Under the pieces are notes generated by a model that saw only the letters and a list, made by a program, of their open reading frames with translations, was not told the origin of the DNA and made no database searches. DNA of 60,676 bases, filler included, from Platydemus manokwari (lineage: Eukaryota): assembly GCA_037951405.1 (NCBI GenBank). It is 5 parts of 5 records of this genome, joined end to end, with 100 filler letters (N's around TTAATTAATTAA, not from the genome) between each part and the next. Parts side by side here need not be neighbours in the genome. Positions count along the whole stretch, not along the records: positions 28,188 to 40,724 come from JBBMOY010094454.1; positions 40,825 to 50,832 come from JBBMOY011179767.1; positions 50,933 to 60,676 come from JBBMOY011210654.1; 2 more parts are not named here. One strand, written 5' to 3'. Each line of letters begins with the position of its first letter. Position 1 is the stretch's first letter. A program made the translations under genes and the position numbers. Positions 39,953-51,145 of the stretch are shown here, in pieces.

Positions 39953-41519
39953 TGCAGTTAATTATTACGACAGTAATGAAAAATTTACTCATTTACATAA
40001 AATATTTTCAGAAATAAATTTCACAATGTAAATTGATAAATAAATAATAAATTTATACAAATAAATGTATTTCAAAATGTTCGTGCTTGAAAGCTTATTC
40101 AAAATTTCTATGATTCATTAATAAATTTAACAGCACTCATATTCCACTCAACTATTAGTGGACAGGTAAATTGTTTTTACTCCTAAGAAAATTTTTATTT
40201 TATCGATATATAAATATAGCTTATTAACGTCATCGTTATAAATGATAAATTCTAGGTTGATTGCTTTTCTCATTTATATATTCACTAGGAAAGCGGATGG
40301 ACCGAGGCAAGAATTCAATTAGACGATGAAAGAAATTGGAATAGTTTAGTATACATATAATTACCCATTATCGTAATTACTTATAGCAATTATTATTAAC
40401 CTAATTGCATGTCTCAAATTTCTCATATTACAGAAGAATTTATGAAATTTTACAATACATAAATAAATACTCAAACATTAAATTTCAAATAAGTGTTAAA
40501 ATATTATTAAAAAATATTAATCACAATATAAATGAATACGATTACATTACACCAGCATTAAGTTTATATCAAACATAAAAAATTGGTGAAAATCAAATTA
40601 ATGATGATCAATTATTAGAAACAATCAATAATTTTCCTCAGAAATTTAAATAAAAAACGCAAAATTAGAAAATCCAAAAAACATTTGAACATGGAACATT
40701 TAAATATCACTTCGGATAATATTCNNNNNNNNNNNNNNNNNNNNNNNNNNNNNNNNNNNNNNNNNNNNTTAATTAATTAANNNNNNNNNNNNNNNNNNNN
40801 NNNNNNNNNNNNNNNNNNNNNNNNTATTCTTCACATTCATCAAACAGATTTCTCAAATATTATATTTTTAAAATTCATATCGAATATTAGAGATCATAAA
40901 AATTTCTCATAGTTTTCGCTTTGTTCGATTTGAATAATAACGGCAATATATTGATTTGCTATGTCAAATACAGTGATTTCATATTGATTAATAATAAATT
41001 GAGAATAAAGGCTGTAATTGATAAATTTGAAAACAATAATTAAATATTTATAATAAATTTCAGCAATTTAGAAATTATTGTGTGTATTATAATTATAATA
41101 ATATATAATTAAATCAATAATGTTCTTATAATCAATTATTGTGCATGAGATATCAGTTTCAAGGTCATTTTTAATTTGCTTAAACAAAAGTAATAATTAT
41201 TTTATTCCATGCAATATCCATTGTTTTATTTAGGCTACAAATCGTTAAACTATTTGGTCATCACCATTTTATTGTTTAAAATATTCGTTGCGATAAATCC
41301 ATTTCTAATTTATTAAATAAAATTTTATTTATTTTTTTAATTTTTTGTAACATTAACTCTTTTGAATTTCGACTTGAATAAATTTGTCGTACAAATTGTT
41401 ATAAATAACTCGTTATTAATAATGGACAATAGGGTGTTAATACACTGATCTCTGCTTCACTTAGTCGATATTATATTTATGTATGTTTGTTTAAAAAATG
41501 TTGAGTTTAAATTCTAAAA

Positions 41520-42410
41520 CATATGCCATTGAGGATAATTATTGAATGCTTCAGATCATAAAGAGCATCCTGATTGTTTATTGGCTGGTTAGTTAAGGTT
41601 ATGTAATCTAAATTTAAATGATTTTATATATTTATCATTTCCAATAATTTGAATTGTTTTTAATAAAGCAAATTTCGGGATCTTTAAATCCAATCATAAT
41701 ATATCTCGGATAATTCTTTAATAAAGCTACTTGCCATGAATAAGGTTGTGACTCTCTAATATCAATTAGAATTGAAAGTCTATTTAATAAATTAATTTAA
41801 ATTGGTTTATCAGTTTGTATTCTCTCCAATAATTCATGTTCACTCTCTGGATTTAAGAATAATTCTGGCATGCAAAATTCTAATAATTTCGTAAAATATT
41901 TTCTTATCATCTATTTTTCTGTTTAAGTTTTATTTAATAATCATCAAATATCATGACCTAATAGAACCTTCTAAAAATCCAAATGTGTTTTCATGGAAAT
42001 CGTCCTGTGTACTGACTTTTTAAATTATAAAAATCTTTTTTCCTTTTGGATCCTTTATTGTCTTTATTTTGATCTTCATTTGTTTTATCCGGAATCCAGG
42101 ATATTAACTGTACAGTTCTTTCATCAGATTGATCTGTTAATATAAAATTTAACATACCAGATATTTCTCGAAAAACTTTGACTTGTTCCAAATGTTAATC
42201 TCATGGAGTTTAATAAATTATGAATGTCAATATCATATCTTAATAAACTATTGCAAATATCTACAGGATTTGATGTTCGTTGAGATTCGAAAATAATATC
42301 AAAGGCATTATTTCAATTTTTTGTGGTTGATGATGGATTAATAATATATAAATCTTCTTTTTTAATTTCCTGTTTAAATTTATAATGATTTGCATCTAAT
42401 TTTGATACCG
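41520..42410 (-). pseudogene. Polinton/adintovirus major capsid protein (double jelly-roll), fragmented
   Basis: Ordered fragments FKQEIKKEDLYIINPS..FDIIFESQ, ISGMLNFIL..SWIPDKT, KH(I)(F)GFLEG, MPELFLNPESEHELL and YSWQVALLKNYPRYIMIGFK. These match the recalled Polinton MCP landmarks LKHIFGF, W.MP.V.P and W......PR.IIVGFQ. Confidence 0.75.
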
Positions 42411-42469
42411 ATTTTAAACTAAAATTAAATCGAAATTCTTTTAAAAGTACTTTATGAGTATTTTGTCTT

Positions 42470-43196
42470 TTCTATCTTTATTCATATACCCCAATTTATA
42501 TTATTTTATTAAAATACTATTTATTGAATTATAAACATTATAATTGCCGATTTTTTCCAGCTAATAATTTTCTTAATTCATAAAATAATACTATGGAGTT
42601 TACTATTGGTGGAGACTTTTGTCGATTCAGCTGGGGTGATAACTTTAACAGATTATTATTTAATTTTGTTCCTGATACCGATGTACTGGACTGATTTCCA
42701 GTCGTTCTCAATGAAAATTTTTTTAATATTTGAAATATTCAAAATCCTTATATTTAGGCATCTTTGTTACATTTGTTTAATCTAACATTTATAAATAATT
42801 TTTAATATCATTTTTATTTCCAAAAATAATATTTAATAAATTATCTGTAATCTCAATGTTAGTTCCATCTCCAGTTTATGTAAAATAATTTTTATCATCT
42901 ATTTTTGTAATCAAGAGTTATGTAAGAAAATATTTCAAATTTGAAAATCTTGGTTATTTATATCTATTATTTTTAAATTTTCTCAAAATTAAGGATGCAG
43001 ATAATGCTCTATTATTTGGTCTAAATATTTCTGGTTCAATATTGCCAGGTTTCGCGTCGTTTTCTTCTATATATTTCATTACTTCAACCTTTTTTATCCC
43101 AACGAGATGACGAATGATGGATATTGAATTCATTTCTCCCATCATGTTTGGTGTAATCGATGAGACTGAGTAGTATACTGATGTTGTGATTGACAT
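42470..43196 (-). pseudogene. Polinton accessory protein remnant (PZ-like) upstream of the capsid gene
   Basis: C-terminal YELRKLLAGK(fs)GNYNV..NSINSIL resembles the L.LL.ASK.AGN...NEI..I motif of Polinton accessory proteins. ORF 42954-43196 forms the N-terminus. Confidence 0.5.
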
Positions 43197-45669
43197 TTTT
43201 TAAATTGATCCACAACTTGTTGTCTAGTATGTTTTGGCTTTCGGTCCTAATTTTTAATAATTAATTACATCTGATTCTAAAAAAATTATTAAATATAGTG
43301 TTTGTTTTGCAATATTTAGTAAATAACAGATAATAATTTGCTGTGCATTTTATTTTGGTTAATAAAATTAATTTGTATTAACTTTGATATTTATAATATT
43401 TAAAATTATAAATATAATACACTTTAAATCAACAAAACCTTTATCGTTAATTATTTTTGAATGATGTTCCTAATATCCTAACCGCTCATATATTTTTGTG
43501 CCTTTATAAATTATTAAAAATCAATTTTATAATTTTCTCTGTTTTACACTTTCAATAAAATTATCAAATTAAAAAGTAAAATAAATTTGCAATGTCAAAT
43601 CGCCAATTCACCGTGTTTAAGTATTTGTTATTTCTGGTATCTTGAAGCTATTGATATGAATTGTAAATGTCATTACGATAATAAAATATAAAATCACTGG
43701 AGAGTAATATATGCATTGTTTTTTGTTTCAATAATTCAAATTTCAGAGTTATTTCTCAGTTTTAATTTTGTGTAACTCATCTAATATTCATCACATCAAT
43801 CTATGCTGTTTCATTAGATAATAAAATATTAGCAAAATATAACTTTTAAAAATTTTGAAAAAATCTTAAGATCTTAGGAATCGAACCTCAACTATTTTAC
43901 CAGGTTTTTTAATGCTACTATGAGATATAAATTATTATTTTAACTAATTTTAATATTATCAATACCATTCATAACCATTGTTTGAATATAAAAAATGATA
44001 TTGTATTGAAACTATTTCATACACATCAAATTTTATTACATTATTACGAGTGTCTCAAGGAGGGCATAACGGTATTGAATAAAGCTTCATTATTGGATAT
44101 TTTAACATTTTATTATATTCAAAAATAATATTTATAATATATTTTTATTTAATACAACCTGAATAAATATCGAAATAATGATGCCAGAAATTATTTAGGT
44201 CATATGTTTTGAAAACTAATTTTCTAGTCTCCATGGCTGGCAATATTGATCTTAATATTAATTTCAATCTCAATCTTAAATAGTTAAATTATTTACAAAT
44301 CACTTCATTAAAATGTATTTTAAATAACTTAAAAATTTCAAAATATTATTTTCATATCAAATTTTCATTATTAAAATTATTGTTGAGCTAACATTAAATT
44401 TTTTACTTCAAACGTTCCTAACCAATATGATAAGGTACCGAACATGTGAAATAAATCATTTCAATAATTCTAGTAAAGGTGAGAATACTCTTTTCAGTCG
44501 CTAATAAAAAATAAATAATAAATTTTGAAAATTTTAAAAATATGATAACGAAGTGATTTAGATTTAATCAATCAGTTAGGAAGATACAAAACCTATCAAC
44601 ATTGGTCACCACACCAACGAGATGAAAGCTCTTTGGCCAAACAACTATATCATAAATATATGTAGAATAAACAATTTTTAATAGTACACTAATTGTACAG
44701 ATATAGGCAGATATAATGCTATTAAAATATACTTATATATAAGTTGTCATTGATTTATAGACAAGACATAGTTTGTTTATTCCTATGAAGGATTACAAGA
44801 CAAGAAACATGATATGTAGCATATCAAAGTTAGTTTGAATAAAATAAAAGAACTTGGTTCGATGATGAAATTGAAATAACAAGAATTTTTTAAAACGTAT
44901 TTTGAGGATAATGATCAGCCTTAATATCACACTGAAATTGAGGATGAATCTGATTTTAATGAAAGGTGTATTAGAACTTTAAAAAGTATGTTGTTGGAAA
45001 TCAAAACTGAAATGAATATTAGAATTTTTTATTTAGTAGAGCTGTATAATGACAAAATATGTGTTTAACTGCGGTTGTTACAAAATATAGATGTCATTAA
45101 AGCAATAAACGATGTGAATCATGACAGGATACGATTTCCGGTTAAAACTCGAGTAAACATTTAATGAAGGAAAGAAAATAAATGGTACTGTGAATTATTT
45201 CCTCGCGAGGAAAATATGTTTTAATTATATTGAATCTAGTAATAAAATATTTTCGAAACTTTGAAAATGAATGTCGGGTACTTGATGGATGAAATTACAG
45301 TGAACTAAGGGTGTTTAAGAAATAAATCTGATATTTTTTATTTGTGACAGAATAAACAATTATTAAAAAGTTGCTTTTAATATTTCTTTTAAGAAATCAA
45401 TCGATTCTAAATAAAAAAAATTATTAAACTTATTAAAAATAAAATAAAACACAAAGAATCTTTCATTTTTTGACCTCTTAAATTTTAACAAGCACTTCAC
45501 ACGTCAATAATATAATCAGGTCTTGATTTAATTTAGATTTCAAGAATTAGTTGAATCAATGTTATCACCGATGTGCCATTTATTAAACAAATACAAACAA
45601 ATTAGAACAAAATAGAAAATCCTTTTAAATAAAAAAGGATTTATGAAAATGGTTTAAAATAATAATCTT

Positions 45670-45694
45670 GAATAATAATAATAATAATAATAAT

Positions 45695-45745
<51 letters not shown>

Positions 45746-45765
45746 TTTTATTATTATTATTATTC
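45670..45765. repeat. (AAT)n microsatellite followed by a short inverted (ATT)n tract
   Basis: Direct inspection. Confidence 0.95.
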
Positions 45766-46179
45766 ATATAATTCATAATGATAATGAGGATTCGATATTA
45801 GGTGAAATGATGTTAGAAATGCTATTCCACAACCGAAACATAATCATTATAATAGATTTAATATTTTTACGCAAATATTGAACCTGCAATGAAAGATACG
45901 AAACTTAAAATCGACTAAGCGATAAGCAATGTGGGGTCTCCAATAATAAAAATAGATAAAACATAAATCTATATAAATTGAAATTCTCTCGCTCTACATA
46001 GTGTAATCACAAAGTTGCGCACTTGTAAATGAATTTTATAATTATTAAATTAATAATAAAATATTTATAAAGCATTTGTTTCGATTTAAAAGTAAATAAT
46101 TTATAAACTGGAATAGAGAGACAAAATTATTTCGAAATCATTTTATTAATCACCAATCAAAAATTGTATAAACATTCAT

Positions 46180-46399
46180 TTAAGGTCCTGTGTCATAATG
46201 GGTTCGACCATCATTGCCTTGATACTCTCTGAAAGAATTCTGTGTATCCTCATGATTTTCAGGTGCATAAGTCAATCCCGAAACCATCTCAAAGGCAATG
46301 TTAAAAGCCATTAGAATAATGCAGATCAAAAATAGATATCTTGAATATCATTCAATAATTAATTAAATATTTAATCAATATATTTTACCTCAGTTTCAT
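46180..46399 (-). CDS. 56-aa secreted micropeptide precursor, two exons
   Basis: Exon 46399-46389 (ATG AAA CTG AG), 49-nt GTAAAA...CAAG intron, exon 46339-46180. Protein MKLRYLFLICIILMAFNIAFEMVSG-LTYAPENHEDTQNSFREYQGNDGRTHYDTGP*. TATATAAA at ~46463-46456 and AATAAA at ~46147-46142. Confidence 0.75.
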
Positions 46400-47641
46400 T
46401 GATATTCCGGTATTGGGTTATGGCGGTTATATCATAATATGATTATATCAGGTCATTTATATATGAAGAATAGTTTGTATTGAATAATTTGAATAAAAGT
46501 CTGCAGTGCTGAAGTTGTTTTTGAGATTAATCGAGTTTCGAATAAATCATGTATCGATATATTGAATAAAATATTGATTAATGTGTGTATGATTGAAATT
46601 CATGAATATTACAAAATCCCATGATTTCGTTAAGGCAATTCGTGACATGAATAAATTCAAATGTAATCCACATACAGATATCACATATTTGCATTTATAA
46701 TTATCTAAAATATAGGTCATTACGTGGACATTTCTTTGTCAAATTCATATTTAATATCACTATTGTTTTTATATATTCATATAATATCGTAAACATATTT
46801 TTCTGAACAAAATCTAGGATCAATAAATTATTTTCATCACACATCTCACTGACAAATTTAAAATTCACTTTCAACTTATTGTTCACAACTCAATTTACAC
46901 TACACGTAAAATTTCAATTGATCTCTATTTTTGCTTTATCAAACATTTTTGGATATTGTAAACTTCAGATTGATTGTTATCAGGCTGATTGAATCAAATT
47001 TATTGATTAATATATCTGAGTGCACCCTAAAAAATATTGAAAACATTTATTTGAAATTAACGAAATTTCATTTTTAGTATTGAAGTGTTATTTAAAAAGT
47101 TTATGGACTCGTTTTATTTTCTCATAAGTGGGATGAAGATCGAAAAAAATGTGATTAGCTATTGATATTGAATAGATGAAGGATCATTCTCTATGTGTAA
47201 ATGCCAGTTATTTTATAATTACGCAACATCTACATGTATAACTTATATAGAGAATTATATTAATATCAATCCATTTATTATTTTATCCCAAAGCAAGGCT
47301 CATTTATAAATTTGTCCAAATGACTGACATAAATAAATAAATAATAATTGGTTGTTATTCAGATCATGATGATTCTTGATAGCATAGAAACATTTATATT
47401 TTGAAAGTCTAATGCAAAATGGGATTCAAATTGTATATTTAAAATTAAATCTATTTTTTATACATCAAATCAAATCTTAAAGTATGCATAAAAGCTCTTA
47501 AAATTATCGCTTAATTTGTTGTTATACATGTTTGTATTTGGGTGTCAATTAAATTTGAAATAACGAATGGTAATTCGTGAAGTTTGCTACTAATGCTGTT
47601 TAGACGGTTTTTATTATCGTTGTAAAAATAGATTTTATACC

Positions 47642-50600
47642 TGTTGGGGTTTCAACAAAATTGACAATATTAACAATGACAATATGGTATTGAATGTATA
47701 AAGTATAATATCGATATATATAAATGGTATATAATTTTTATAATTAGTTGTAATAAATATTGTAATGATTTAAAACTATTGGAAAAATGTAGTGTTTATT
47801 AAATTTATTAAAGTTGTAAACCCCCGGGCGAGAAAAAAATTTAGTTTTAAAATCTGTGAAAGTGAAATAATTATTAACAACGTTGGTAATCTGAGTGAGA
47901 AAATTATTGAAAGCTTGAAAGCGTAAATAGTCAACAACTAGTGTTTGATTGAGGATAAAATTTGCTTCAAAATATTAACAACTTTAGTGACCCGAGTAAA
48001 TAAACGATAACTGATAATTCAAGTTAAACTGATATTAATTGGTGCAATAGTCAGATTGATAATACTGGTGCTCAAAATAGTTTTGAATAAGAAATTGAAG
48101 TTAATAAAAATTGCGAAATCAAAAATTGAGAAATTAAGATTACAAATTGGTAAATTAGTAAAGTTAGAAATAGTTAGGATACGAATTGATAGAATAAGTG
48201 AAACTGATAAATTTAATAGAATTAATAAAATTGAATTAAGCAAAAGAGCTATAGATAAATTCGATTGAATTGATAAAATTGAATTAAACCGAGGATCTAT
48301 CATTGGTAAATTGAAATTGAAATTAAGCGATAAAGCTTTTGATAAATTTGATAATTTAAGCGCGTTTTATTGCGTGAACCGGAGAGCTAGTTTAGCGACG
48401 CATTATAAGTAACTTCGGTATATAATAAGAAGAAAAACAGGTTAAGGTTTAAACTTTAAAGCAACAAAGTTAACAATTTGAAAGGTCTACACCCTGCTCT
48501 AAGTGACATTATTTAGTATTAAGATTGATAACCTAACAGGTCTAGTTTCGTAATAAGCATTGATTGTTCCACAAAAAGTTTGAAATCTGCGAAAAAACAT
48601 TAATAGACTTAAGGAGTTTGATTTCAATTGAAGCATAGAGTAAAATTTTGTCTGGTCTATAGGATTTTTAAGCGCTATTAAATTGATTACGGATTGAGCG
48701 ATTTGATAAATTGATAAATTGACACATTGAGCGATAAATTGATAAAAGCTGCAGTAAGTGCATATGAATAAAAGAAATTCAATACAATCCGATAGATGAT
48801 TACGTAGTGCAAGCAAAAGCAATTTATTAGAAAATGTAGAGTTAGTGAATAAACATTTAGGAAGAAGAAAAACTAATAGTGAAGATTACAGTAGTGATAG
48901 CGAATTTGAAAATAGTAGTAAAGAGAATCATAGCATTAATAATTTTGAGTCGATAGAACCCGGTAGCAGTAATTTACTTGAAACCAGTGATTCAAACTCA
49001 ACAATAATATTATAAAATAGTATAGAAGAATTAAGCACCATTGAAAGAGTCAGTGAAATAATTAATAAGTATAGCAGTAAAGAGATAAGCACCCAAAGAG
49101 ATAGTGAAATAGTTGATACGAATAATAATAAAGAGATAGGCACTCAAATTAAAATAAATAATGAAACACCTTTAGACAAAAATGTGTCTATACCAATTAA
49201 CCCCTATGATGTAGGACAAGAAGGGTTTTTTGATGATTTCTTCAATGAATATGATAGATTAACTGAGGCATATAGCTGGACACAGGTTGAAAATTTTCAA
49301 AGACTGTCATTGTATTTAAAATCATACGCGTTACAAACATTTCAAGGTTTAGATTTTAGCGAAGTTAAAAATTATAAGGACCTAGTTAAGGAGTTAAAAA
49401 GCAAATTGGTTATGGAGGATGACGTGCATGAATTCTATGTAAACAATTTAATGATAGATATCAAATGTCTGGTGAAAATGTAGGAGAATATTCTATGGCA
49501 TTAAAAGAACTTGTAATTAAGGCTTATGGCAAATATGTATCTGTAGAGGGCCAAGAACAAATGGTTATAGACCAATTTAAGAGGGGGATAATACCCATAT
49601 TAAGAAGTCCAATAGCGTTGGCAGAATATAAAAATTTTGATGAATTAGTTCAAAAAGCTAGGAGAGTTGAAATAATTTATGGATCAAATAGTTTGTCAAA
49701 TCATAATATAGGTTATGGAATACCTGGGAATTACCCGTTAATTATAGCAGTAACATTTAAAGAGGATAAAAAAGAGACACCCACTATAAGTAAAAATAAT
49801 TTAGTGACTAAAGATAATGAGAAAAATCCAGATATGAATGTAACATGGGGACAGTTATATAAGGTGTTGAAACAATTTCAAATCAAGGATGATAATGTCA
49901 TGCAAAGCAAAACATATGATAATGGAAATTACTTTGATAGAAATAGGAGTTATGATAATTACAATTATGGCCAATGAGGATTTGGCAAGGATAATAGAAA
50001 TAATCTTAGCAATAGAGGGAATTTCAATAATAAGGGATTTGATAATAGGAATAACGATAGAGGATTTAATAGGCAAAGTATATTTAATCAAGGTAGGGGA
50101 TACGATAACAATTACAATAATAGAACAAACAATAGAAGTAGAACCCCATGGGATAGGAATGAAAATAATAGAGGGTTTAATAACAATAATAAAGACAATA
50201 ACAATAGATCAAATAATAGAAGTAGAAGCCCATACGATAGGAATAATAAAAATAATTGGCAAAATAGGTAATTTAATAATAATCCAAATAATAACAATGG
50301 ATCTGTGGACATGATGACAAATACAAACAATGAAAAACAATTAGTTCCATATGATAGAAATAGGAGTCAATCAATAGATAGATCATCGAATAGTGATAAT
50401 AGGACACAAATGTTTAACTACACAAGAGATAGCGTAAATATTCATGGAGATGTCCAATGTGAATACTGCAAACAGACCGGACACATGATTGCATCATGTA
50501 AACTAAGAAGAGACCAATATGATAAACAAAAAGCAGCAGTAATGAAACATAAAGAGGAAATTAAAAGGGGAACACAGGAACAAGAAGAATTACATCAGGA

Positions 50601-50832
50601 GATAATGAGAAGAAGACAAGCAGAAGAACGCAAAAAGGTATGGGAAGAAGAACAGGAAAAATAGCTAAATTAGAAAGAGAAAAGAAAATTAATAAAGAAA
50701 AAGAATTAGACTCAGAAATTTATTTATGGATTATTTATGGAAAAAAGCAGAACAAGAATATCAAAAAGAATTGAATAAGTTAGCTAAGGAAAAAGAAGAA
50801 TTACAAAAGAAATTAGAGGAATTAAAATATAA
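47642..50832 (+). mobile_element. Ty3/Gypsy LTR retrotransposon 5' part: candidate LTR 47642-47980, PBS, long leader, disrupted gag; truncated by gap
   Basis: TGTT...AACA termini, then TAGTGACCCGA (47985-47995) resembling a tRNA-Trp PBS (TGGTGACCCCGA). gag from ATG 48764: capsid-like FFNEYDRLTEAYSW..LSLYLKSYALQTF and DQFKRGI, an N/R/D-rich tract, knuckle CEYCKQTGHMIASC (50458-50499), then a coiled coil. A few stops and frameshifts. Confidence 0.88.
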
Positions 50833-50932
50833 NNNNNNNNNNNNNNNNNNNNNNNNNNNNNNNNNNNNNNNNNNNNTTAATTAATTAANNNNNNNNNNNN
50901 NNNNNNNNNNNNNNNNNNNNNNNNNNNNNNNN

Positions 50933-51069
50933 AGGATAAAATATGAATTGCACATTATATTCGAGATATAATCCAACATTTTTACATAAAAATAAATACT
51001 TTTATACATCAATATCAACAAAATTATCATGCAAAAGTAAATAAAGTAAATTTTCCCAGAACCCCAACA
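50933..51069 (-). mobile_element. LTR terminus related to the 47642 LTR, in opposite orientation
   Basis: The reverse complement begins TGTTGGGGTT and stays alignable to 47642-47710 (…ATTGATGTATAAAAGTAT vs …ATTGAATGTATAAAGTAT). Confidence 0.6.
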
Positions 51070-51145
51070 ATTAGTTAATTTGAATTTTCCTCATATGTAT
51101 AATGATTCATTTTTTGTTCGAAGCCATTGATCATTTACTATTCAG

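Noticed and set aside
44780-45360. Possible hAT-like transposase remnant
   Set aside because: Only a vague helical pattern; no diagnostic motif or terminal repeat found.
49855-50330. Overlapping ORFs 49855-50091, 49889-50314 and 50112-50330
   Set aside because: Alternative frames and antisense of the low-complexity gag tract.
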